A stretch of DNA of 64,000 nucleotides from Brevibacterium luteolum (GTDB lineage Bacteria > Actinomycetota > Actinomycetes > Actinomycetales > Brevibacteriaceae). Position 1 is the first letter of the stretch. Each line of letters begins with the position of its first letter. The translations under genes and the position numbers were made by a program. Below the pieces are notes generated by a model. The model had not been told where the DNA came from. It saw only the letters and a program-made list of their open reading frames with translations, and ran no database searches. The stretch lies in assembly GCF_013004595.1 (NCBI RefSeq), contig NZ_JABEMC010000007.1:1-64000 (forward strand). The letters are read 5' to 3'. Positions 1 through 10,545 of this stretch are shown here, piece after piece.

Positions 1-125
1 ACGAACTCCGGCCCCACGAGGCCATCTCATGGAACCGGCCCAAGGAGGTGCACCTGGGCCTAGCCGACCCCACCACCCCGACATTCAAAACCAAGGAAAT
101 CCTGCCAACTACTTGACGCGGGACA
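1..125 (+). mobile_element. Right end of an IS (IS3/IS481-like integrase-core transposase C-terminus plus terminal IR), truncated by the window edge
   Basis: Frame from nt 3 reads ELRPHEAISWNRPKEVHLGLADPTTPTFKTKEILPTT* (stop 114-116), an integrase-core 'RPH' C-terminus. It is followed by ...CTTGACGCGGGACA, a TGT...ACA-type end at 125. Confidence 0.75.
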
Positions 126-400
126 GTCGGATCGATGGGCCGGGTCGGTGCTGCCGGTGATAATGCTGCGATGGAATCGTTCTTCGCCGTGCTGCAGAAG
201 AACGTCCTCGACCGGGGCCGATGGGACACGCGAGCGAGCTTACGTACAGCGATCGTGCACTGGGTCGAGCGGACCTATCACCGCAAGCGTCGGCAACGGC
301 GTTTAGGTAAACTGACCCCGGTTGAATACGAGCTTGTTCATCACAAGGCCGTCGCCCTGGCGGCATAAACCCCGGAGTCAACCAAACCTTCAGCAGTCCC
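126..400 (+). mobile_element. IS3-family remnant: 3' part of transposase OrfB (interrupted at ~126) and right end
   Basis: VGSMGRVGAAGDNAAMESFFAVLQKNVLD...YHRKRRQRRLGKLTPVEYE (stop 368) is a typical IS3 OrfB C-terminus. The terminal sequence ...CAACCAAACCTTCAGCAGTCCC ends at ~400. Confidence 0.85.
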
Positions 401-1311
401 CAGAGACCATCGCCTGGCACCTGCAGCAGGAAGGTCTCCAGGTCCCGTCTAAGGCCACGATCCACCGGGTGCTTAAGGACGCTGGCCGGGTCACGCCCGC
501 CCCGCACAAGCGCCCGAAGTCCAGCTACCGACGATTCGCTGCCGAGTTGCCAAATGAGATGTGGCAAACCGACATCACACACACCTTGCTCAGTGACGGC
601 AGCCGAGCTGACATCCTCGACTTCCTCGATGATCATTCCCGCTATCTGTTACGCATCCGCGCGTTCCTGCCCTGTACCGGTGCTGACGTTGTCGCCGTGA
701 TGGACGAGCTGATCAGCACCTTCGGCCCGCCAGCAGCCACCCTCAGCGATAACGGCTTAGTCTTCACCAGCCGCATGACCGGCCGGCCTGGAGCCAAGAA
801 CGGTTTCGAAACCCTGCTGGCAGCCCACCACATCAAACAGAAGAACGGCAAACCCGGCCACCCACAGACCCAGGGCAAGATCGAGCGCTTCCACCAGACC
901 CTGAAGAACCGCCTACAGGCCCGCTACAGCCCACCAGCATCCCTGGACCAACTCCAGCAACAGCTCGATGCTACCCGGCACTGGTACAACAACGAACGCC
1001 CCCATCGAGCTATCGGCATGCGTACACCCCGGCAAGCTTACGAAGCACTGCCCAAAGCCAGCCCTGCCACCACTTCCCAGATCGAGTACCGCACCCGCGT
1101 CGACGCCGTCGACAAAGACGGCAAAGTCACCGTCCGATACGCCGGAAGACTGCGCCATCTAGGCATCGGCCGAGCCCACCGCGGACGCCTAATACTCATG
1201 CTCATCCACGACCGCGACGTCATCACCAGCGACCGCACAACCGGCGAAATCATCGCCTACCACCACATCGACCCAGCCAAGAACTACCAGCCCAAACGAG
1301 ACACCCTGTAA
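400..1311 (+). pseudogene. IS481-family transposase, N-terminally interrupted by the IS3 element
   Basis: Homology starts abruptly at PETIAWHL...PSKATIHRVL. DDE core motifs NEMWQTD, DDHSR, SDNG and QTQGKIERFHQTLK are present, as is YNNERPHRA. The first 26 aa of the listed ORF come from the IS3 end. Confidence 0.85.
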
Positions 1312-1371
1312 CGAACCCCCAGCCCAGACACGACGACGGCCCCCAGGGTTTTCCCTGAGAGCCTTCCTCGT

Positions 1372-1420
1372 TGTCAACGATGTCCCAAGACATCTGTCAA
1401 CTATGTCCCGATACAGGACA
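1372..1420 (+). repeat. IS481 right terminus with two tandem ~23-bp subterminal repeats
   Basis: TGTCAACGATGTCCCAAGACATC / TGTCAACTATGTCCCGATACAGGACA, ending in ACA as IS481 ends do. Confidence 0.75.
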
Positions 1421-1424
1421 CTTG

Positions 1425-1497
1425 TGGAGCTAAGGGGAATCGAACCCCTGACCTTCTCATTGCGAACGAGACGCTCTACCAACTGAGCTATAGCCCC
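1425..1497 (-). tRNA. tRNA-Ala (anticodon CGC); CCA not encoded
   Basis: The reverse complement folds as a cloverleaf: GGGGCTA-TA-GCTC AGTTGGTA GAGC-G-TCTCG TT CGC AA TGAGA-AGGTC-AGGGG TTCGATT CCCCT-TAGCTCC-A. The G3:U70 Ala determinant is present. Confidence 0.97.
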
Positions 1498-1754
1498 AAG
1501 CCGCCGTCATCTGGACGGCGGTGACACCAGTACTTTACTCCCTCCCACCAACTGCAGCCAAGATGGCAAGGGTCGGGGGCTGCGAAACGTACCGGTGGGC
1601 GTTCTCTGCCCGATATCTCGGAACACCGCGCCTGCCAGCTGCCTACGCGGCTAGTGTGGGAAAACAGCAGACGCCAGTCCGCCAGCGCCGGCGGCGTCTG
1701 TGCGATGATTCCCAGCGGCAGCGACGGCCGACAGTGACGAAGACAGGTGATGGC

Positions 1755-2972
1755 ATGAAGATCTCCGAGGCGCTGAGTTTGGTGCGCATGGGGCGTCCCG
1801 AGCTCAACCGAGTGCAGCGCTTTCGCGCCCGCTGCCGCACGGTCGCCGACGTCGAGGCGGCCGCCCGCCGAGCGCTGCCGCGGCCGGTCTTCGATTACAT
1901 CGCAGGTGGAGCCGATGACGAGGTGACGCTGGCGGAGAACGTAGGCGCTTATACCGCGTGGCGTTTTCAGCCGCAGGTGCTGCGCGACGTCGCCGAGGTC
2001 GACCTTTCCACCGAGATCTTCGGCCGCCGGTCCGTGCTGCCGTTCGGGCTCGCGCCGACCGGATACACCAAGATGATCGCCTCGGCTGGTGAACCCGCCG
2101 TCGCTCGTGCCGCCGCCGATGCGGGGATCCCCTATGTGCTCTCGACGATGGCCTCGACGTCGCTGGAGGATCTGGCTGCCGTGCCGCCGGCCGGCCGGGC
2201 GGACCGGTGGTTTCAGCTCTACGTGTGGAAGGACCGCGGCCTTACCGCAGGACTCATTGCACGTGCCGCAGCCGCGGGCTACCGGGTGCTCGAAGTCGCT
2301 GTTGACACCCACGTCTCCGGGTTCCGCGGCCGGGACGTGCGCAACGGCCTCACCATCCCGCCGCAGCTGACCCCTGGCGCGCTGCTCGACATCGCCAGTA
2401 GGCCCCGGTACTGGACGCAGATGCTCGCCCACCCGATGATCGAATTCGCCAATGTCGCCGGATCCGATGCCGGGTACACGATTGAGAACATCTCCCAGCA
2501 GTTCGATCCGAGCCTGGACTGGGACACGCTGGCCTGGATTCGGTCGCTGTGGGACGGCCCGCTTCTCCTCAAAGGACCCGTCAGCGCTGCCGATGCACTG
2601 CGGGCGCAGCAGCTCGGCGTCGACGGCGTCCACCTGTCCAACCACGGCGGCCGGCAGCTTGACCGCTGCGTCGTCCCCCTCGACCTCGTCCCTCTCGTTC
2701 GGGCCGCGGCCGGGGAAGAGTTCACGATCCTCGTCGACTCCGGGATCCGACACGGCACCGACATCGCCGTCGCACTCGCCCGCGGCGCTGATGCAGCATT
2801 CATCGGCCGACCCTACCTCTACGGTCTCGCGGCCGCCGGCCAGTCGGGAGTCGCCCATGTCATCGACATCCTCCGCACGCAGCTCACCCGTACCCTGCAG
2901 CTAGCGGGAGTCGCGACTGTCGACGAGCTGCGCACCCACGGCCACGAGCTGCTGAACCCGACAGGGCGATGA
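1755..2972 (+). CDS. FMN-dependent alpha-hydroxy acid oxidase / L-lactate dehydrogenase (LldD-like)
   Basis: Motifs FDYIAGGADDE, WFQLY, LLLKG, SNHGGRQLD, DSGIRHGTD, GRPYLYGL. Start placed at MKISEAL. Confidence 0.9.
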   Translation: MKISEALSLVRMGRPELNRVQRFRARCRTVADVEAAARRALPRPVFDYIAGGADDEVTLAENVGAYTAWRFQPQVLRDVAEVDLSTEIFGRRSVLPFGLAPTGYTKMIASAGEPAVARAAADAGIPYVLSTMASTSLEDLAAVPPAGRADRWFQLYVWKDRGLTAGLIARAAAAGYRVLEVAVDTHVSGFRGRDVRNGLTIPPQLTPGALLDIASRPRYWTQMLAHPMIEFANVAGSDAGYTIENISQQFDPSLDWDTLAWIRSLWDGPLLLKGPVSAADALRAQQLGVDGVHLSNHGGRQLDRCVVPLDLVPLVRAAAGEEFTILVDSGIRHGTDIAVALARGADAAFIGRPYLYGLAAAGQSGVAHVIDILRTQLTRTLQLAGVATVDELRTHGHELLNPTGR

Positions 2973-3187
2973 CGCGACGGCACCGCCCGTGGTGCGCTCA
3001 ACCGGTGCTCTCGCCGGGCCCGGAGGTCACGCTGAGGCTGCTGCGATCCTCCGCCCAATCGCAGAACGCATCGAGCGTCTCGAAGATGGCCGCCTCTGCG
3101 TAGTGGTCAGGTTGCCAGGGCGCCCATTCGGCTAAGGTCACCGGCCTCCCGCGGCGCTTCAGCTCCCAGGGCGGTTAAGCTCAGGCC

Positions 3188-5914
3188 ATGAGCTCTTCTC
3201 TGCTTGACGACTGTGCCCTCAGTGATGCTCACGCCCGCACAGCCGCAGACGTCGTCTCTGCACTCGACACCTCGGCGACCGCCGGACTGACGCAGGCCGC
3301 AGCCGCTGAGCGGCTCGAGCGCTGCGGTCGCAACGAGCTGGCCGCAGCGCCCTCAGAGCCGATCTGGCGGCGGGTGCTCAGGCTGCTGAACGAACCGCTG
3401 ACCTACCTGCTGCTGGCGGCGATCCTCGTCTCCCTCATCGCCTGGGCCGCCGAGGGCCGGCACGGGGCGCCGATCGACGCGATCGTCATCGCCGCGGTCG
3501 TTGTGCTCAACACCGTCATCGGCTTGGTCCAAGAGCTCAAAGCCGCTGATGCGGTCGCCGCACTCAAGCAGATGACCAGCCCCACCGCTGCCGTCACCCG
3601 ATCCGGGCGCCCCCAGACCGTACCTGCTGCAGACCTCGTGCCCGGCGATCTCCTCCATCTGAGCGAAGGCGATGCGGTGCCGGCTGACGCTCGCCTGCTC
3701 ACCGGCAGCCGGCTGATGGTCGCCGAAGCCGCGCTGACCGGGGAGTCCGTGCCCGTGCACAAGCACACTGAGCCCGTCTCAGCTGACACGCCGCTGGCCG
3801 ATCGCCTGTCGATGGTGCATGCGGGCACCGCTGTCACACAGGGCGGCGGCACGGCCGTCATCACCGGCACCGGCGCCCGTTCCGAGATCGGCCGGATCGC
3901 CGGCATGATCTCCAGCGCTGGTGAGACCGACACGCCCCTGCAGAAGGAGATGGCGGCAGTCGGCAAGATGCTCACCATCGCCGTCATCGTGATCGCGCTG
4001 GCCGTCATGGCCACCGTCTACCTCACCACCGCCGATCATTCGACGGCTTCCCTCGTGACGATCCTGCTGTTGGGCGTCTCACTGGCCGTGGCTGCGGTGC
4101 CCGAGGGACTGACGGCGATCGTGTCGGTGATCCTGGCGATCGGCGTGCGCCGGATGGCCTCCCACGAGGCGATCGTCAAGCAGCTCGACGCCGTCGAATC
4201 GCTCGGCTCAGCCGGTGTGGTGTGCACCGACAAGACCGGCACCCTGACGCTCAACCAGATGACGATCGACCAGGTCATCACCGCCGACGGCCGCCACCAC
4301 ATCTCCGACCCTCAGGCCGCTGGGACCCTGGAGCTCGGCTCGATCGCCTCGAACGCCCGGCTGACTGCCGATGGCCCGATCGGCGACCCGACCGAAGCTG
4401 CGTTCCTCCTCGCCTGCGCTGACGCCGGCATCGCCGTCCCGCAGACCCACCGCTTCGACGAGCTGCCGTTCTCGTCTGAGCGCAAGCGCATGTCCGTGCT
4501 CGTCGCCGGCGACACCGGTGACAGCCGGCAGCTGGTGATGAAGGGCGCACCCGATGTGGTGCTCGCCCGCTGCACCCACGTGCGCACGGCAGAAGGGGAC
4601 GTCGAGGCCACCCCCGAGGTGCTCGAACGTCTCGATGAGGAGGTCACCGCACTGGCCGGGGAGGCCTACCGGACACTGGCCGTGGCCGCGCGCGAGGTGC
4701 CCGCCGCCTCGGGCGCGGGGGAGAATCCCGAGGTGAGCCTGGGAGAGGAGATGGAGCACGGGCTGACCTTTGTGGGCATGGTTGCAATGATCGACCCGCC
4801 CCGACCCGAGGCGAAGGCGGCGATCGCGCAGGCCCAGCAGGCCGGGATTCGGGTCATCATGATCACCGGTGACCACCCGCTGACGGCCGAGCGGATCGCC
4901 GCAGACCTCGGCATCGACGACCCGAAGGCGCTCACCGGCGCGCAGCTGAGCGAACTGACCGACGCGCAGTTCGCCGAGGCGGTCGAGACCACCTCCGTGT
5001 TCGCTCGCGTCGACCCGAGCCACAAGCTGCGGATCGTCGAGCACTTACAGGACCACGGTCACGTCGTGGCGATGACCGGCGACGGTGTCAACGACGCACC
5101 GGCGCTCAAGCGCGCCGACATCGGCGTGGCGATGGGCATCACCGGCACGCAGGTCTCGCATGATGCGGCGACGATGGTCCTCGCCGATGACAATTTCGCT
5201 TCGATCATCACCGCCGTCAAACAGGGCCGCGGCATCTACTCCAACCTCAAGAAGGTGCTGCGCTACCTGCTGTCGTCGAACATGGGCGAGGTGTTCACCG
5301 TCTTTGGCGGTGTCGTGTTCGCCGGGGTGCTCGGCCTCGTCCAGGCCGACGGTGCGGTGATCCTGCCGCTGTTGGCCACGCAGATCCTGTGGGTCAACCT
5401 CGTCACCGACTCCACGCCGGCGCTCGCGCTGGGCGTCGATCCGGTCGATGAGCGGGTGATGACGAAACCGCCGCGCCGGCCCGACCAGCGAGCGCTCGAC
5501 GGCCGCGAATGGGCGCGGATCCTCAGCACCGGATTCGTCATGGCTGTGCTGTCGCTGCTCGCCCTCGACGCGTGCCTGCCCGGCGGGCTCATCGCTGGTG
5601 ACGACGATGCGGCCACCGGCCGGACGGTCGCGTTCACCGTGCTCGTCGTCCTGCAGCTGGTGAACACGCTGTCGGTCCGGCACGCACACACGACGATGTT
5701 CGCCGGCCTGTTCACCAACCACTGGCTGTGGCTGGCGCTGGCCACCGGCCTGCTGCTGCAGCTGCTTGTCGTCTACCTGCCGATTCTTAACACCGCGTTC
5801 TCGACGGTGCCGCTCGACGGGGAGCACTGGCTGCTCGTCATCGGCTGGGCGGTCGTCTTCATCATCGTCGAAGAGCTGCGGCGGGCGGTCGTACGGATCG
5901 CCGGGCGGGGCTGA
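3188..5914 (+). CDS. Cation-translocating P-type ATPase (type II, Ca2+-ATPase-like)
   Basis: Motifs TGES, VPEGL, DKTGTLT, KGAPD, MITGDH, MTGDGVNDAPAL, LWVNLVTD. Confidence 0.95.
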   Translation: MSSSLLDDCALSDAHARTAADVVSALDTSATAGLTQAAAAERLERCGRNELAAAPSEPIWRRVLRLLNEPLTYLLLAAILVSLIAWAAEGRHGAPIDAIVIAAVVVLNTVIGLVQELKAADAVAALKQMTSPTAAVTRSGRPQTVPAADLVPGDLLHLSEGDAVPADARLLTGSRLMVAEAALTGESVPVHKHTEPVSADTPLADRLSMVHAGTAVTQGGGTAVITGTGARSEIGRIAGMISSAGETDTPLQKEMAAVGKMLTIAVIVIALAVMATVYLTTADHSTASLVTILLLGVSLAVAAVPEGLTAIVSVILAIGVRRMASHEAIVKQLDAVESLGSAGVVCTDKTGTLTLNQMTIDQVITADGRHHISDPQAAGTLELGSIASNARLTADGPIGDPTEAAFLLACADAGIAVPQTHRFDELPFSSERKRMSVLVAGDTGDSRQLVMKGAPDVVLARCTHVRTAEGDVEATPEVLERLDEEVTALAGEAYRTLAVAAREVPAASGAGENPEVSLGEEMEHGLTFVGMVAMIDPPRPEAKAAIAQAQQAGIRVIMITGDHPLTAERIAADLGIDDPKALTGAQLSELTDAQFAEAVETTSVFARVDPSHKLRIVEHLQDHGHVVAMTGDGVNDAPALKRADIGVAMGITGTQVSHDAATMVLADDNFASIITAVKQGRGIYSNLKKVLRYLLSSNMGEVFTVFGGVVFAGVLGLVQADGAVILPLLATQILWVNLVTDSTPALALGVDPVDERVMTKPPRRPDQRALDGREWARILSTGFVMAVLSLLALDACLPGGLIAGDDDAATGRTVAFTVLVVLQLVNTLSVRHAHTTMFAGLFTNHWLWLALATGLLLQLLVVYLPILNTAFSTVPLDGEHWLLVIGWAVVFIIVEELRRAVVRIAGRG

Positions 5915-6008
5915 GTCGGCTCGCTGCTCATGTGCTGATGGCAAGACGGCTGCCGCACCAGTGCGGTGCGGCAGCCGTCCGCCGTTCCCGAGGTGTGGGG
6001 CCGGAAGC

Positions 6009-6830
6009 TCAGACGCCGGCCCAGCCGCCGTCGCTGGCGATGATCGCCCCGGAGATGTTGGTGGAGTCGTCGCTGAGCAGGTAGGTGATGAGCGCCGCCT
6101 GCTGCTGTGCGGTCGAGGGCAGGCCCGGAACGAGGCTGAAGTACTTCGGCAGGCGCGCGGCAGCGAACTCGGATCCGAAGTTCACCTCGATGCTTGTGGC
6201 CACACCGCCGGGACAGACCGCATTGAAGCGCAGGCCTTCCTCGGCGTACATGAACGCACTGTTCTTCGTCAGCCCGTTGAGCGCATGCTTCGAAGCGGTG
6301 TAGGCGGCACCGGCGGCTGAGCCGCGGAGACCAGCCTCGGATCCGACATTGACGACGTTGCCGGCCTTCTGCGGCAGCATCACCGTCACGACCGCACGGG
6401 TTAGCTTCATGACGCCGGTGAGGTTGACCCGCAGGACCGCGTCCCAGATGTCGTCCTTGACGTCATGGACGGGGGAGAAGTCGTCCATGATGCCGGCGAC
6501 ATTGGCCAGACCATCGATGCGCTCGCCGGCCGCGTCGACGATCTTCGCAACGTCGCCGTCGTCGCTGACATCCCCGGCGACAGTCGTGATCGCCAGTTCG
6601 GATGCCTCCTGCTCCAGGTCTGCGAGTCGGTCAGCGGAGATGTCGCAGGCAATGACCTTCCCGCCTTCGCGGGCGATGCGCAGAGCTGCTGCACGGCCGA
6701 TGCCGGCTCCTGCCCCGGTGACGATGACGGTCTTGTTCTCGAATCGGCCGGGGGTGATCTTCTCGTCCCACTGCTGCACCTGCGGTGCGTCGGTGGCCTG
6801 GGTCTGCTGGGTTTCGGGTGCGTCGGTCAT
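6009..6830 (-). CDS. SDR family NAD(P)-dependent oxidoreductase
   Basis: Motifs TGAGAGIG, NVAGI, YTASKH. Start MTDAPE follows a GGAGG RBS. Confidence 0.92.
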   Translation of the reverse strand: MTDAPETQQTQATDAPQVQQWDEKITPGRFENKTVIVTGAGAGIGRAAALRIAREGGKVIACDISADRLADLEQEASELAITTVAGDVSDDGDVAKIVDAAGERIDGLANVAGIMDDFSPVHDVKDDIWDAVLRVNLTGVMKLTRAVVTVMLPQKAGNVVNVGSEAGLRGSAAGAAYTASKHALNGLTKNSAFMYAEEGLRFNAVCPGGVATSIEVNFGSEFAAARLPKYFSLVPGLPSTAQQQAALITYLLSDDSTNISGAIIASDGGWAGV

Positions 6831-6956
6831 TGGGCGTCCTCCCTGGAGGCAGTCGTAGCCATGAGCCGTCTCGCGCAGTTGCGCGATGCAGTCGATCGAC
6901 TGGAGTCGATCGGGGGTTGTGGGCCGGCTCACACGCAGTCTATCGAGAGGCTGTGC

Positions 6957-9900
6957 CTAGTCTGCCGGGGTGAACAGCTCGCGGACATCGTCGGCAGTCA
7001 GCGCGGTGCTGAAAGCTCGTCCGTTGTCCATGAGGGCGTCGAAGAGCCGCGCCTTCTTCTGCTGCAGGGCGAGCACCTTCTCCTCGATGGTGCCGGCAGC
7101 GACGAGCCGGTAGACCATGACGTTCTTCGTCTGCCCGATCCGGTGTGTGCGGTCGATCGCCTGCGCCTCGGCAGCCGGGTTCCACCAGGGGTCGAGGAGG
7201 AAGACGTAGTCCGCCTCGGTCAGCGTGAGCCCGAATCCGCCGGCCTTGAGGCTGATGAGGAACACCGGTGCGGTGCCGGAGCGGAATCCGTCGATGACCT
7301 CGCCGCGGTTGCGTGTGCTGCCGTCGAGGTATGCGTAGTCGACGCCGATCGTATCGAGCCGCTCGGCGACGAGTCGCAGGCACGAGGTGAACTGGGAGAA
7401 GACGATGATCCGGTGCCCTTCGCTCAGCACCTCGTCGAGGCCGGAGAACAGCGCTTCGAGCTTGCTGGAGGGCACATCGGCGTATTCATCGCTGACGATC
7501 TGGGGTGACAGCGCGAGCATCCGCAGGAGGGTGAGCGACCGGAAAACCGTCATGCGGTGCTTGTCGAGATCGCCGACCATGCCGAGGACCTTCTTGCGCT
7601 CACGCTGGAGAACGAGGTCGTAGAGCTTCTTGTGCTTGGGTTCGAGCGGCACATGCAGTTCGTGCTCCTGCTTCGCGGGCAGCTCCTTGGCGACGAGGTC
7701 CTTCGTGCGCCTGAGCATGAACGGCCGCACCCGCCGGCGCAGCCGCTCCAGCCGAGCCTGCCGTCCGACATTGAGACGCTCCTGCACCGCCGCATCGTCG
7801 TCCGCAGAAGTGAGGACGCCGGACTCTGCAGTAAGCGCAGCGCCCTTCTCAATCGGCTTGACGTACTCCTCTTTGAACTTCACCGGTGAGGCGAACAGCC
7901 CCGGTGCTGTCAGGGAGAGCAGCGACCACAGATCCGTCAGCGAATTCTCCATCGGCGTACCGGTGATGGCGAGCGTGAACGGGGAGCGGACGTCACGGGC
8001 GACGCGGTAGGTCTTGGCGGTCTGGTTCTTGACGAACTGTGCCTCATCGAGGACGAAACCGCCCCACGGCAGTGCGGTGAATTCCTCGCCGTTGATGCGG
8101 AAGATCGTGTACGAGGTCAGCACGACATCGGCTCCGGCAATCGCCTCGGCGACCGGCTGCTTGCGTTTGTGCGTCGTCGTATCGAGCACTGCCACCTTCA
8201 GGTCCGGGGTGAAGCGGGCGGCCTCAGCCTGCCACACCGACACCACCGATGACGGGGCAACGACGAGGAACGGCGGCATCGTCTCACCGGTCTCAACGGC
8301 TCGCGCGCGAGCGTGAGTGATGAGGGTCAGAGTCTGCAGCGTCTTGCCCAGGCCCATATCGTCGGCGAGGATCCCGCCGAGGCTGTGCTCCCACAGGAAC
8401 GCCAGCCACCGGAACCCTTCGAGCTGGTAGCCGCGCAGCTCGGCACGCACCCCAACCGGCACCTCGGGCGCGGGAAGCTCCTCCAGCGAACCGAGCCGGC
8501 CGATCGACTCCCGCCACTCACGCGCGGGGACCGCCTCATCGGCGAGTTCGACGAGCTCATCCCAGATCGAGACCTGGTGGCGGCTGATCTTCGAGCGCTC
8601 CGGCTCCCACTCGCCGAGTGCCTCGGCCTCCTGCAGCAGTTCGCGCAGCCTGTCGAAGGCCGGATGGTCGAGGGAGAAGAATGTGTTGTCGACAAGCTGC
8701 AGGTGCGACTTGTGCTGGGCGAGTGCCGCGAAGAGGGGAGCGAATGGGATCCTCTTGCCGTCGATCGTGACCTCGAAGGCGAGGTTGAACCAGTCGCGGT
8801 CGTCTGTCGCCTCGGTCGTCACCCGCACCTGCGGGGGTGCGGTGAGCTCGGTGTAGTCGACGCGCTCGCCGCTGATGTCGACGACGACCTCGGGATGGTC
8901 CTCGAGTCGCGGCAGCGCCCGCACCGCGAACTGGGCGGCGTCGATTCCGATCAGATGCTCCTCATCGACGGTGGCGGCCGTCGGCCAGATCCGGCGGATC
9001 TCCTCGAGTACGGCGAGTTCGAGATCCGGCTCCCGGTGGTGCCAGCGATTGTGCGCGATCGGAAGGCGGCGTTTGGGGCCGTAGTACTCCCACGACCAGG
9101 TCAGCAGCAGGGACTGCTTGGGTTCGAACTCAACCTCAACGTGCAGGCGCGGGTCCCGGAACTCCGGCAGCTCTGCCGAGGCATCGTGGCTGGTGAGCGT
9201 GGCCAGACCGCGCAGCTCGGGGAGGAACTCGGTGAAGAACACCTCGGCGTCGTGATCGGGGACGCCGAGCGTCGTGCGGGAGGCGAGCATCTCACCGAGC
9301 GGTTCGGAGACTGGGGTGGATGTTTCGGCCAGGGTCAGGCGGAGGGTGTTGCCCGGCAGTCGGTCGATGAAGGCGATGGCGTTGTCCCCGATGCGGAACA
9401 CGTTCTCCGGTACGGTGCCGGCGAAGTCGATGAGGGCGGTGAAGGCGTAGCCGCCGGGCTGGCGCACGACGTCGACGATGACGTCGGCGGTCTCGATCGT
9501 CTTCTCCGTTCCCGAGGCGGTGGTGAGGGTGAGTGGGGAATGGGAGCTGACGACCCGCACTTCTGAGACGACACCGTGGCCGGTCAGCTCGATGCCGGTG
9601 TCCTGAGCGCGGGCGAGCAGCAGCCAGACGAGGGAGGGGTCGAAGGCAGAGAATACGGCGGTGTCGGGGTCGCTTCCGTAGGTGTAGCTGCGGGTGGTGT
9701 TCTGAGCGTGCAGCTGGCTCAGCGCTGCGGTGTGGTCACGGCGGATCCCGGGTGGGTCGGCCAAGCCGCGGGTGAAGTTGCGCCAGCCGAGCCCGCCTTT
9801 GATCCAGTTGTTCCGAGCACCGCGGCGCAGCGGTCGCAGGGTGACGCTGAGGCTGCCGAGGTCGATGTCGGAGAGGTTGACGACATCGGCGCTCGCGAGA

Positions 9901-10430
9901 GGGCTGCGGTGGCGGCCGTGGAACCAGCGGCTGGTGGTGCGCTCGATGTCGAAGCCGATCGCCAGCGGTGTGTCCTCGGGGCGCGATGTGTGTGCGCGGC
10001 GGCGGACCTGCAGCTCTGTCAGCACGGTACGCCAGTCGTCGGGGCGCTGTGGGGTGACGGCGCGGTGCGGCATCACATGCTCAAGGCCTGTGCGCGGGCT
10101 TGCGGTGTCGTCGCTGTCCCCGTAGTCGGCGATGGAGTACAGGACAGCGCCGACGTGCTTGCAGTCGTAGCCGACCGGGCAGCTGCAGTCGCTGCTGGTC
10201 GGTTCGAAGCAGTCCGGCTCACTCAGCACAGCCTGCGTCAGGCGGATGGCCACGCGGTAGATGTTCGAACCGCTGCCGAGGACCTCGCCGCTGAGAGTCG
10301 ACTGCTCGGCATCCCAGCTCACGCGGCGCACGCGCTGGTCCTCGGCATAGTCCCGGCCGCGTTCGGCCATGACGTCGGTGAGGTATTCATCGACATCCGG
10401 GGCGAGCACGCGCGGCAGCTTCGAGATCAC
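6957..10430 (-). CDS. SWIM zinc-finger SNF2-family helicase/ATPase
   Basis: SWIM CSCPVGYDCKH, then LADDMGLGKT, DEAQ, TGTPMEN, SLKAGGFGLTL, QAIDRTHRIGQ. Start inferred at GTG 10430 (CACGAT 6 nt upstream). Confidence 0.92.
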   Translation of the reverse strand: MISKLPRVLAPDVDEYLTDVMAERGRDYAEDQRVRRVSWDAEQSTLSGEVLGSGSNIYRVAIRLTQAVLSEPDCFEPTSSDCSCPVGYDCKHVGAVLYSIADYGDSDDTASPRTGLEHVMPHRAVTPQRPDDWRTVLTELQVRRRAHTSRPEDTPLAIGFDIERTTSRWFHGRHRSPLASADVVNLSDIDLGSLSVTLRPLRRGARNNWIKGGLGWRNFTRGLADPPGIRRDHTAALSQLHAQNTTRSYTYGSDPDTAVFSAFDPSLVWLLLARAQDTGIELTGHGVVSEVRVVSSHSPLTLTTASGTEKTIETADVIVDVVRQPGGYAFTALIDFAGTVPENVFRIGDNAIAFIDRLPGNTLRLTLAETSTPVSEPLGEMLASRTTLGVPDHDAEVFFTEFLPELRGLATLTSHDASAELPEFRDPRLHVEVEFEPKQSLLLTWSWEYYGPKRRLPIAHNRWHHREPDLELAVLEEIRRIWPTAATVDEEHLIGIDAAQFAVRALPRLEDHPEVVVDISGERVDYTELTAPPQVRVTTEATDDRDWFNLAFEVTIDGKRIPFAPLFAALAQHKSHLQLVDNTFFSLDHPAFDRLRELLQEAEALGEWEPERSKISRHQVSIWDELVELADEAVPAREWRESIGRLGSLEELPAPEVPVGVRAELRGYQLEGFRWLAFLWEHSLGGILADDMGLGKTLQTLTLITHARARAVETGETMPPFLVVAPSSVVSVWQAEAARFTPDLKVAVLDTTTHKRKQPVAEAIAGADVVLTSYTIFRINGEEFTALPWGGFVLDEAQFVKNQTAKTYRVARDVRSPFTLAITGTPMENSLTDLWSLLSLTAPGLFASPVKFKEEYVKPIEKGAALTAESGVLTSADDDAAVQERLNVGRQARLERLRRRVRPFMLRRTKDLVAKELPAKQEHELHVPLEPKHKKLYDLVLQRERKKVLGMVGDLDKHRMTVFRSLTLLRMLALSPQIVSDEYADVPSSKLEALFSGLDEVLSEGHRIIVFSQFTSCLRLVAERLDTIGVDYAYLDGSTRNRGEVIDGFRSGTAPVFLISLKAGGFGLTLTEADYVFLLDPWWNPAAEAQAIDRTHRIGQTKNVMVYRLVAAGTIEEKVLALQQKKARLFDALMDNGRAFSTALTADDVRELFTPAD

Positions 10431-10545
10431 GGAACCATCGTGCCACGAGGCGCGGACATCACCATGCTGAGCACGACGGAACTGTGGACAGCCCTGCCGA
10501 TCGCACACATGGTGTGGAACGACAGGGCTGCCGTGGTTCAGGCGA

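Noticed and set aside
1519..1529. LldR-like site CGGTGACACCA upstream of the LldD-like gene
   Set aside because: It is imperfect, ~230 bp from the start and overlaps the tRNA promoter region, so it is likely chance.
6957..10430. SNF2 helicase as part of a defence system
   Set aside because: It is a stand-alone SWIM-SNF2 with host-like GC and no methylase or nuclease partners.
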